Source: a virus
Lineage: Duplodnaviria; Heunggongvirae; Uroviricota; Caudoviricetes
Strand: one strand, 5' to 3'
DNA length: 13,336 nt
Virus record (IMG/VR): IMGVR_UViG_2751185957_000009
A program made the position numbers and the translations under genes. Shown here piece after piece: positions 1 to 6,979 of the stretch. The notes beneath the pieces were generated by a model, which was given only the letters and a program-made list of their open reading frames with translations, had not been told where the DNA came from and ran no database searches. Position 1 is the stretch's first letter; each line of letters starts with the position of its first letter.

Positions 1-285
1 ACACGCCAGTTCGCCCGGATGTTGGGACTTGAACCGAAGAACACGGCGGTGCGGAGTCCGGAGAGTAACGGAATAGCAGAGAGCTTCGTGAAAACGATAA
101 AGCGTGACTACATCAGTATCATGCCCAAACCAGACGGGTTAACGGCAGCAAAGAACCTTGCAGAGGCGTTCGAGCATTATAACGAATGGCATCCGCATAG
201 TGCGCTGGGTTATCGCTCGCCACGGGAATATCTGCGGCAGCGGGCTTGTAATGGGTTAAGTGATAACAGATGTCTGGAAATATAG
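1..285 (+). CDS. insD: IS2 transposase OrfB (InsD) C-terminal fragment; 5' end outside window
   Basis: Reading frame is open from position 1. The translation ends ...[34 protein letters not shown], the conserved C-terminus of IS3-family integrase-core transposases ([12 protein letters not shown] motif). Confidence 0.8.
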
Positions 286-296
286 GGGCAAATCCA
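1..296 (+). mobile_element. IS2 (IS3 family) right-end fragment; the rest of the element lies left of the window
   Basis: Transposase OrfB C-terminus followed by a sequence I recognise as the IS2 right terminal repeat (GTTAAGTGATAACAGATGTCTGGAAATATAGGGGCAAATCCA), ending at 296. Confidence 0.8.
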
Positions 297-2510
297 GATC
301 CCACGATTAAAGGCGGGCGCTTAATCGTTGAAAAAGATGGGATTACCGTCCTTGCCGCTATCGAAAAGGGAGGATTACTGGAGGTTAAAGAGGGGGGATT
401 AGCGATTGCGGTAGATCAGAAAGCAGGCGGTGCTATTAAAGCAAGCACGCGGGTCATGGAGGCATTCGGAATAAACCGTCTCGGTCAGTTCGAAATCAAG
501 AATGGTATTGCTAACAATATGCTGTTGGAAAACGGCGGAAGTTTGCGAGTTGAAGAAAATGACTTCGCTTATAATACTACTGTAGATAGTGGCGGCTTAC
601 TGGAGGTTATGGATGGCGGGACTGCAACTGGCGTTGATAAAAAAGCAGGCGGAAAATTAATTGTCTCAACGAATGCGCTGGAAGTGAGTGGTACAAACAG
701 TAAAGGCCAATTTAGTATAAAAGATGGTGTGTCAAAAAATTATGAACTGGATGATGGTTCCGGGCTCATTGTTATGGAGGACACGCAGGCCATTGATACT
801 ATCCTTGATGAGCATGCCACTATGCAATCGCTGGGAAAGGATACTGGTACGAAAGTGCAGGCAAATGCGGTATATGATCTCGGTCGATCAGACCAGAATG
901 GAAGTATCACGTATTCCTCTAAAGCCATCTCTGAAAATATGGTTATCAACAATGGCCGCGCTAATGTCTGGGCTGGCACAATGGTTAACGTGTCAGTCAG
1001 AGGGAATGATGGCATTCTTGAGGTCATGAAGCCGCAAATAAATTATGCACCCGCTATGTTGGTGGGTAAGGTAGTGGTTTCTGAGGGCGCTTCTTTTAGA
1101 ACGCATGGTGCCGTGGATACCAGCAAAGCGGACGTTTCGCTCGAAAATAGCGTATGGGCCATCATTGCCGATATCACTACGACGAACCAAAACACCCTCC
1201 TCAACTTAGCCAACCTTGCGATGTCTGACGCAAATGTGATTATGATGGATGAGCCAGTGACTCGTTCATCAGTGACGGCAAGTGCGGAAAATTTCATTAC
1301 GTTGACCACCAATACCCTGTCGGGAAACGGCAATTTTTATATGCGTACCGATATGGCTAATCATCAGAGCGATCAGCTCAACGTCACCGGTCAGGCAACA
1401 GGTGATTTCAAAATATTCGTGACGGACACCGGTGCCAGCCCGGCAGCAGGAGATAGCCTTACACTGGTAACAACGGGCGGCGGTGATGCTGCATTTACGT
1501 TGGGCAATGCCGGAGGCGTTGTTGATATCGGTACGTATGAATATACCTTGCTGGATAATGGCAACCATAGCTGGAGTTTGGCAGAGAATCGCGCGCAAAT
1601 TACCCCTTCAACCACTGATGTGCTGAATATGGCGGCCGCACAACCGCTGGTATTTGATGCAGAACTGGACACCGTGCGTGAGCGTCTTGGTAGCGTAAAA
1701 AGCGTTAGTTACGATACGGCGATGTGGAGTTCGGCAATTAACACCCGCAACAACGTGACCACTGATGCGGGAGCTGGTTTTGAGCAAACATTGACGGGCC
1801 TGACGCTCGGTATCGATAGCCGTTTCTCCCGTGAAGAAAGCAGTACAATTCGCGGCTTGTTCTTTGGTTACTCTCATTCTGATATTGGTTTTGATCGCGG
1901 CGGAAAAGGTAATATCGATAGCTATACCCTGGGGGCTTATGCCGGTTGGGAGCATCAGAACGGTGCCTATGTTGATGGGGTGGTGAAAGTTGACCGTTTT
2001 GCCAACACCATCCATGGCAAGATGAGTAATGGGGCAACAGCGTTTGGCGATTACAATAGTAACGGCGCGGGTGCTCATGTTGAGAGCGGGTTCCGTTGGG
2101 TTGACGGATTGTGGAGTGTTAGACCCTATCTGGCCTTTACCGGCTTTACCACAGATGGTCAGGACTACACGTTATCAAACGGCATGCGCGCTGATGTGGG
2201 AAATACCCGGATATTACGCGCTGAAGCGGGAACGGCGGTAAGCTATCACATGGACCTGCAAAATGGTACGACGCTGGAACCCTGGCTGAAAGCCGCCGTA
2301 CGTCAGGAATACGCCGATTCTAACCATGTGAAAGTTAATGACGATGGCAAATTTAATAATGATGTGGCTGGAACCCCTGGCGTTTATCAGGCTGGGATAA
2401 GGTCATCGTTTACCCCGACGTTAAGCGGTCATTTGTCAGTCAGCTATGGCAATGGCGCAGGGGTAGAATCGCCGTGGAATACTCAGGCGGGAGTGGTCTG
2501 GACGTTCTGA
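270..2510 (+). CDS. Autotransporter (AIDA-I/Ag43-like) truncated by IS2 insertion; passenger beta-helix repeats plus C-terminal beta-barrel; probably a pseudogene
   Basis: 746-aa ORF whose first 9 codons, including the ATG, lie inside the IS2 terminal repeat. Passenger region has ~19-aa repeats (GGxLxVxxGGxAxxVDxKAGG). C-terminal ~270 aa has alternating aromatic/hydrophobic beta-strands and ends in WTF, typical of autotransporter barrels. No signal peptide or native N-terminus is visible. Confidence 0.75.
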
Positions 2511-2571
2511 TAACAGAAAATAAACAGGCTGTGATGTGTCACGGTCTGTTTATCAAATTAATTGCAGATAT

Positions 2572-2600
2572 AAAAAACCAACCGTAAAGGTTGGTTTTTT
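2572..2600 (+). terminator. Rho-independent terminator after the autotransporter gene (symmetric, possibly bidirectional)
   Basis: AAAAAA-CCAACC-GTAAA-GGTTGG-TTTTTT: perfect 6-bp stem flanked by an A-run and a T-run, 60 nt after the stop at 2510. Confidence 0.6.
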
Positions 2601-3014
2601 CTTGGGATTTTTCACGAGAGTAGTTTAATTGAGCGTGTAACTTCATGATTTAAAATAATGTATATGATTCAACTTTTAAACCGTATAACCAAACGTATAA
2701 CTAAAATGATTTGCTGAAAAAATGCACAATTCAGGGTCGGATTTTCCCGGATGTTTAATTTATAAAAACGAAGCTGGTGGATGATCTGCGTGGTGATTTC
2801 CACCATTCAGAGCAGGGGCGGTCATCATGCCCATGCCATAACAAAAACCCCATATTCGTGGTTTTTCTGTGTTGTGGCTATTCTGCCGTTGCCGTGCTGG
2901 TGGATATTTCCGTTATGGGGATCACCATATCGGCATCATGCCCACCAGCCAGCGCAATTTTGCGCTTTGCTTTAAGTTCAGCAAGTTACCGCGCCGGATT
3001 ACGCCAATGGCTGT

Positions 3015-3194
3015 TTCCGAAAGAATCAACGGGTTAGGCCTTAATGGGCTGCGTGGTAATTATCAGCATCCAGAATATGACGGGTTATGTTTCCGACCTC
3101 CTCAATTTGAGGTTCCCGAAAATATCAACGGGTTAGGCTGGTTTCCCCGATGTTCGCCGCTGGCGAATTTCGAAAATATCAACCAGTTACCGCC
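3015..3194. repeat. Four direct repeats of an ~18-bp motif (AA(A/G)AAT(A/C)TCAACGGGTTAGG-like) with ~50-bp period
   Basis: Copies centred near 3024, 3073 (degenerate), 3119 and 3174. Largely non-coding; the last copy overlaps the 3' end of ORF 3187-3468. Confidence 0.5.
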
Positions 3195-3468
3195 GCAACC
3201 GCTCCGGCTTCTTCCAGTGGTATGTAATTTTCTCCGTTTCCCGATACAGTGCCACGCGGCGATTGTAGGCCAGCATTTCAAGAACGCGGATCCGTATGTT
3301 GCGCATATCCACATCATTAAGCTGGATACCATCACGGCGCATCACCTCAGCAACAACACGCGCATAATTTTCGGCTGTCACGCTGTCCGGCTGCGTGGCC
3401 TGTTCGTCAGTCTGCTGGCTGATTCCACCAGCACGGCGGATTAATCCCAGTATTTCGGCTTCTGTCAT
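3187..3468 (-). CDS. Hypothetical protein (93 aa) at the distal end of the satellite
   Basis: ORF with ATG preceded by AGGTG; non-repetitive, charged/helical composition. No family recognised. Confidence 0.45.
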   Translation of the reverse strand: MTEAEILGLIRRAGGISQQTDEQATQPDSVTAENYARVVAEVMRRDGIQLNDVDMRNIRIRVLEMLAYNRRVALYRETEKITYHWKKPERLRR

Positions 3469-3501
3469 TGTGCACCTATCGTTCTGATTGTCTGGTGTCG
3501 T

Positions 3502-3684
3502 CGGGTCCTTCCTGGAATTATGGACCCGTTACGGGGCGGCGACCTCGCGCGTTTTCACTATTTATGAAAATTTTTCGGGATCCATGTCCGGTTTCTCTAC
3601 AAGTTAACCATATGAAAAATATAAAAACATGCTTTCCATGAACCGGACATGCGCAAAAAACAGACACTAAAACCGGACATCGAA
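3502..3684 (+). other. Lambda-type cos site copy 1: cosN core plus cosB-like array of three AACCGGACAT sites around an AT-rich segment
   Basis: 3531-3578 (ACGGGGCGGCGACCTCGCGCGTTTTCACTATTTATGAAAATTTTTCGG) is near-identical to the lambda left end as I recall it (GGGCGGCGACCTCGCGGGTTTTCGCTATTTATGAAAATTTTCCGG); the 12-nt cohesive-end sequence GGGCGGCGACCT is at 3534-3545. AACCGGACAT occurs at 3641-3650 and 3671-3680 and inverted at 3584-3593. Confidence 0.75.
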
Positions 3685-3748
3685 CCAGTTAACCGAAAGT
3701 GTGCACAAATCACATGCATTGCTGCGAGTGATTAACAAGTTATCGGCT

Positions 3749-4183
3749 TTACTGTTCTGTATCGGCTGATTGCTCCATGCTGGCACGGCGAACGCTTACG
3801 GCATGACGCCACCCAGCCAGAAAGCCAGCCATTTTATTTCGTGCCTTGCTCACATCTTCCGGTGAATAGCCGTAAATCTGCAAACCTTCATCAAATCGAT
3901 GTTCTGTTTCTTCACTGGAGTACTCGTCACGCTCAGATGAAAGCAGCCTGGCAAACATAATTTTTTCCAGCGCACTGGTTTCTACGTGATATCTGATGGC
4001 CTCAAGACGGCTTTTACCTGAAGACCAAAGCAATGTATGCCCGATGTGATAACCGCCAGACTTTCCGCGATCCGCATTAAGATACGGCATCCCCTGTTTG
4101 GTCCATGCGCGAATAGTGGTTCTGTTAACCTTGAAATGTTCAGCTATTTCCTGCTGACTTACAAAACAAGCTTTATCAATCAT
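3749..4183 (-). CDS. Nu1-like small terminase subunit / packaging-specificity protein (144 aa, shorter than lambda gpNu1)
   Basis: The N-terminus (DKACFVSQQEIAEHFKVNRTTIRAWTKQGMPY) parallels the lambda gpNu1 winged-HTH region (NKKQLADIFGASIRTIQNWQEQGMPV). AAGGT Shine-Dalgarno 6 nt before the ATG. Lies between two cosN copies. Confidence 0.7.
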   Translation of the reverse strand: MIDKACFVSQQEIAEHFKVNRTTIRAWTKQGMPYLNADRGKSGGYHIGHTLLWSSGKSRLEAIRYHVETSALEKIMFARLLSSERDEYSSEETEHRFDEGLQIYGYSPEDVSKARNKMAGFLAGWRHAVSVRRASMEQSADTEQ

Positions 4184-4251
4184 AATGTTACCTTAACTGC
4201 ATGGTTAAATATTAATCAAGTGGTGGTGGTGTCACCTTCACGGAAAAACGT

Positions 4252-4316
4252 CATAAATAGCGAAAACCCGCGAGGTCGCCGCCCCGTAACGGGCCATAAT
4301 TCCAGGAAGGACCCGC
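4252..4316 (-). other. Lambda-type cosN copy 2, inverted relative to copy 1, upstream of the Nu1-like gene
   Basis: Reverse complement of 4252-4316 (GGGTCCTTCCTGGAATTATGGCCCGTTACGGGGCGGCGACCTCGCGGGTTTTCGCTATTTATGA) matches copy 1 over ~70 bp and matches lambda cosN including GGGCGGCGACCT (4274-4285 on the minus strand). No AACCGGACAT sites follow it. Confidence 0.75.
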
Positions 4317-4338
4317 AAAAAAGCCGGATTTCTCCGGC
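4317..4338 (-). terminator. Rho-independent terminator ending the capsid operon
   Basis: On the minus strand: GCCGGA-GAAA-TCCGGC followed by TTTTTT, 7 nt after the stop at 4345. Confidence 0.7.
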
Positions 4339-4344
4339 CTTGTC

Positions 4345-4758
4345 TCAGATGGTTTTCAGTATGCGATCGATGTCGCCGTCATCGCCTGGGTTTCTGCCAT
4401 CGTATGCCATGCCAGCTGATACGGTTTGTGGGCTGTGCATGTCCATAAAGTTTTCAAAGGCTGCGGTAAGCTCTGGTGCAACCTTCGGGCGTTCCTGCTC
4501 TATGGTCATGTTCAGGATGTTTTTAGCCGTATCAACATCGATACAAGGCACGTTTGCCATTGCACGCAACAGCGGCTGATAGTCTTTATGCTCATGAAGC
4601 GCCATAATCGCATCAGCGCGCGGCTTGTCCTGCTCTTCCAGTTTGTTGAGTTGATATACGGCCTCGTAGGTTGATAAACCTCTGTCAGCCATTGCCCGCG
4701 CTTCGGCTTTAAATTTACTCGCCAGCGGTAGCGCCATGATGCTTTCATTCGTTGCCAT
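4345..4758 (-). CDS. Hypothetical protein (137 aa), last gene of the capsid operon
   Basis: ORF with GGGGGA Shine-Dalgarno, starts 12 nt after the D-like stop. Acidic C-terminus. No family recognised. Confidence 0.55.
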   Translation of the reverse strand: MATNESIMALPLASKFKAEARAMADRGLSTYEAVYQLNKLEEQDKPRADAIMALHEHKDYQPLLRAMANVPCIDVDTAKNILNMTIEQERPKVAPELTAAFENFMDMHSPQTVSAGMAYDGRNPGDDGDIDRILKTI

Positions 4759-4770
4759 CGTTCCCCCTGC

Positions 4771-5106
4771 TTATCGGGCCAGCGGCTGAACGGATACGCC
4801 AGAACCCGCAAAGGCGGCGCATTTTTTCGCATCGGTGTCGACGCTCTCAGGCCAGTTAACGGCGGCAATATTGAATATCCCCGTCTTGTAACACTGTGCT
4901 GATTTCTGCTTTGACGTGTCCACGAGGTACGAAGTCAGATAAACAGCCTTGCCAGATTCCTGACCATCCCACGGCTTAAACTCGCCATTGTCCACCAGCA
5001 TCAGCGGGGTAAATTCCTGAATAACGCCAGCATCAGCGGCAAAATGTACCAGTGTCGTTGATACCTGCTGACTGCCTGCAAATAACTCAATATATGGAGT
5101 GTCCAT
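4771..5106 (-). CDS. Head decoration protein, lambda gpD homolog (111 aa)
   Basis: Similarity to lambda gpD as recalled: TPLMLVDNGEFKPWDG vs TPLMLDTSSRKLVAWDG; CYKTGIFNIAAVNWPESVDTDAKKCAAFAGSGVSV vs [35 protein letters not shown]. Same length class. GGGGGA Shine-Dalgarno. Confidence 0.85.
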   Translation of the reverse strand: MDTPYIELFAGSQQVSTTLVHFAADAGVIQEFTPLMLVDNGEFKPWDGQESGKAVYLTSYLVDTSKQKSAQCYKTGIFNIAAVNWPESVDTDAKKCAAFAGSGVSVQPLAR

Positions 5107-5117
5107 ATAATCCCCCG

Positions 5118-6173
5118 TTAACCAATTTTGACGGTAACAAATTTGCGAATATCTGCCGGAACCGGCTGCGGTGCGCTGTGTGTCTGCACGTACTCAATCG
5201 CCGGATCGCCGTCCTCAATCCAGTTTTTCGGGTAGTACATGTTTTGCGTTGCGCCCGTTCTTACCGCTTCCTGATCCATAATCGCACCATAGGCCACCAG
5301 CCCTTTATTGTTGGTGTTGCCCAGGACCAGCAAATCAGGCTCAAGGAAATATTTTTCGGTGCCGTCGCTGTCAGTGTATTTGCCGGAATAGACAATAAGA
5401 GCAATATCGCCCAGATAGCCTTTAAAGCTCACCACTTCGCCCAGGTTTTTACAGGCCATTTCTGCGGCGGATTCTGAACCACGGGAAAGATCGTACAGTT
5501 CACGGAATTTTTTAAAGCTGCGTAACGTGCGCCATACCTCAGCGCCCATAATCATGACGTTGGCGGGGCAACCTGCCTGATCTGCGTATAGTTCGATGTC
5601 ATAGATTGGATCGTAAATATCTTTATCATGCTCGGACCATTTTTTGCCGTCGGACTGCTCTATGATGTTTTTTTCCGGTATCTTCCAGTCGATTTCATAG
5701 CGTTCTATGCCTTCGCCCTCAATGATGTTTTTTCCGGTCGTTACCGCATTCACCGCCAGCCATTCCACGCGTGCCTTAATGGCGTTTATCTGGCGGCGCA
5801 TGTTGCCAGTAATCAGGCGCATACGGCGATAGGTAGGGTCGTTAAGCTGTGCCGGATCTTCTCCAGCCATGCGCATGATGGTTTTCGTTGGATCGATTTC
5901 GTGCTTTGGCTTCATGTAGCCAGGTTTGATTGTGCTGGTTTCGTACCCTTTATCGCGCTGAACCTGGCTACCCACCATAGGCGAACAAAACGCCGACATG
6001 GTGACTTCTTCAATGTCCAGGGTATCCAGCATGATGTTTTGCGTGCTGAATGTCGCCACGTTCGGGAAAAACAGCGTGGTAAACAGAGGGCTGAATTTAA
6101 AATCCGCAATATCCCCGCGATTCAGGTACATAAAAAGCTGGTTAGTGTTAAGTGCCGTTGCTTTGCCTGCCAT
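5118..6173 (-). CDS. Major capsid protein, lambda gpE homolog (351 aa)
   Basis: Conserved blocks shared with lambda gpE along the whole length: DFKFSPLFTTLFF, IKPGYMKPKHEIDP, GEDPAQLNDPTYRRMRLI, VSFKGYLGDIALIVYSG, YPKNWIEDGDPAIEY. Roughly 45-50% identity by eye. Confidence 0.9.
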   Translation of the reverse strand: MAGKATALNTNQLFMYLNRGDIADFKFSPLFTTLFFPNVATFSTQNIMLDTLDIEEVTMSAFCSPMVGSQVQRDKGYETSTIKPGYMKPKHEIDPTKTIMRMAGEDPAQLNDPTYRRMRLITGNMRRQINAIKARVEWLAVNAVTTGKNIIEGEGIERYEIDWKIPEKNIIEQSDGKKWSEHDKDIYDPIYDIELYADQAGCPANVMIMGAEVWRTLRSFKKFRELYDLSRGSESAAEMACKNLGEVVSFKGYLGDIALIVYSGKYTDSDGTEKYFLEPDLLVLGNTNNKGLVAYGAIMDQEAVRTGATQNMYYPKNWIEDGDPAIEYVQTHSAPQPVPADIRKFVTVKIG

Positions 6174-6379
6174 TATTCACCCCCATAATTTTTATGCATC
6201 CCAAGCGCCGCAAGTAAATAAGAGCGTACAAGTGAACCTATCGACGGCTCCGGCGTCATCAGCGGATCCAGTCCAGCCGCCACGCCAGCCTCATAGTTTT
6301 TTTTGTGGCGCTGCTTGAGCACCTCCACGATTTCGGGGCTTATGTACACCGAAACACCGCCTTTTTTCTCTTCAGCCAT
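6173..6379 (-). CDS. Hypothetical small protein (68 aa), first gene of the capsid operon, coupled to the E-like gene
   Basis: Its stop overlaps the E-like start (TAATG). AGGAA Shine-Dalgarno. No family recognised. Confidence 0.55.
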   Translation of the reverse strand: MAEEKKGGVSVYISPEIVEVLKQRHKKNYEAGVAAGLDPLMTPEPSIGSLVRSYLLAALGMHKNYGGE

Positions 6380-6407
6380 AGTAAGAAATTCCTCTTCGAC
6401 TAAAAAA

Positions 6408-6463
6408 ATCAGGACTGGATGTTTATCCAGTCCTGATTATAATCAGAATTGCATTTTATGCAA
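6408..6463 (-). promoter_or_regulatory. Putative sigma70 promoter (TTGCAT-16-TATAAT) overlapped by a perfect 13-bp inverted repeat, upstream of the capsid operon
   Basis: Minus strand: -35 TTGCAT (6463-6458), -10 TATAAT (6441-6436). Palindrome ATCAGGACTGGAT-GTTT-ATCCAGTCCTGAT at 6408-6437, followed on the minus strand by seven T. A second small palindrome TTGCATTTTATGCAA at 6449-6463. Confidence 0.5.
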
Positions 6464-6540
6464 TAATATTGAGTTATGTTGCAAATTATGAAATGATTAT
6501 CCCGATCACGAACGCCAGTGCATCCAAAAACCTCATATGC

Positions 6541-6609
6541 AAAAGCCCGATAAGAACCCTCTGACCTTATCGGGCTTTTTTGGGCGCAAAAAAGCCGGAT
6601 TGCTCCGGC
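6541..6609 (-). terminator. Tandem rho-independent terminators after the 74-aa gene
   Basis: Hairpin 1 (6545-6575): 9-bp stem GCCCGATAA/TTATCGGGC flanked by A4 and T6, so bidirectional. Hairpin 2 (6594-6609): GCCGGA-TTGC-TCCGGC with an A6 run, which is a T-run on the minus strand. Confidence 0.65.
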
Positions 6610-6629
6610 TATGTGTGCTGTGTGCTGGA

Positions 6630-6854
6630 TCAGTCTCTGATCTCTTTCAGAAATTCTATCAATGCATCTATCTGTTCAGGATTTACCGCCAGCATTTCAC
6701 CGGATAGAGCACATCTCACAAAACCATGCTGATCCTTTTCAATCAGTGCGCCCGTCTCCAGGAATGCGCGGTAATCATTGATGCTCATCGTCTCCATGTT
6801 GTCAGCATGGTATTTATCACGCTGTTTTAATATCTCATCAAATTTCATCGGCAT
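6630..6854 (-). CDS. Hypothetical small protein (74 aa), stand-alone gene bracketed by terminators
   Basis: ORF with its own upstream intergenic region (6855-6950), terminators on both sides. No family recognised. Confidence 0.5.
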   Translation of the reverse strand: MPMKFDEILKQRDKYHADNMETMSINDYRAFLETGALIEKDQHGFVRCALSGEMLAVNPEQIDALIEFLKEIRD

Positions 6855-6950
6855 TGTTTTTTTCCTCTGTTGTGTCTGTTTGTTTCAGATAGTAACTATG
6901 CCTGACCGTGACGAAAACCCGGTAATGCGCCATACCGTTTCAACTGGTGC

Positions 6951-6972
6951 AAAAAAGCCGGATTTCTCCGGC
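6951..6972 (-). terminator. Rho-independent terminator after the PerC-like gene
   Basis: AAAAAA-GCCGGA-TTTC-TCCGGC, reading hairpin then T6 on the minus strand, 8 nt after the stop at 6980. Same module as 4317-4338. Confidence 0.7.
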
Positions 6973-6979
6973 TGTTTGA

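Noticed and set aside
724-2241. Multiple 60-156 aa ORFs on both strands inside the autotransporter gene
   Set aside because: All are nested within, or antisense to, the long autotransporter frame and show no independent coding signal.
297-2510. Naming the autotransporter as a specific K-12 locus (for example the IS2-interrupted ydbA)
   Set aside because: Cannot be verified without a database search, and the neighbouring satellite is not something I can place next to that locus; the family-level call is kept instead.
2777-3444. Plus-strand ORFs of 86, 64 and 191 aa in the autotransporter-to-cos intergenic region
   Set aside because: Translations are low-complexity and simply mirror the DNA direct repeats (RINGLGLNGL, ENINGLGWF); no ribosome-binding sites; they overlap the better-supported minus-strand ORF 3187-3468.
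4037-4579. 180-aa plus-strand ORF overlapping the Nu1-like gene, cos copy 2 and the terminator
   Set aside because: Crosses regulatory elements and is antisense to two well-supported minus-strand genes.
5628-6188. 186-aa plus-strand ORF inside the major capsid gene
   Set aside because: Antisense to the strongly supported gpE homolog; Arg/Cys/His-rich artefact translation.
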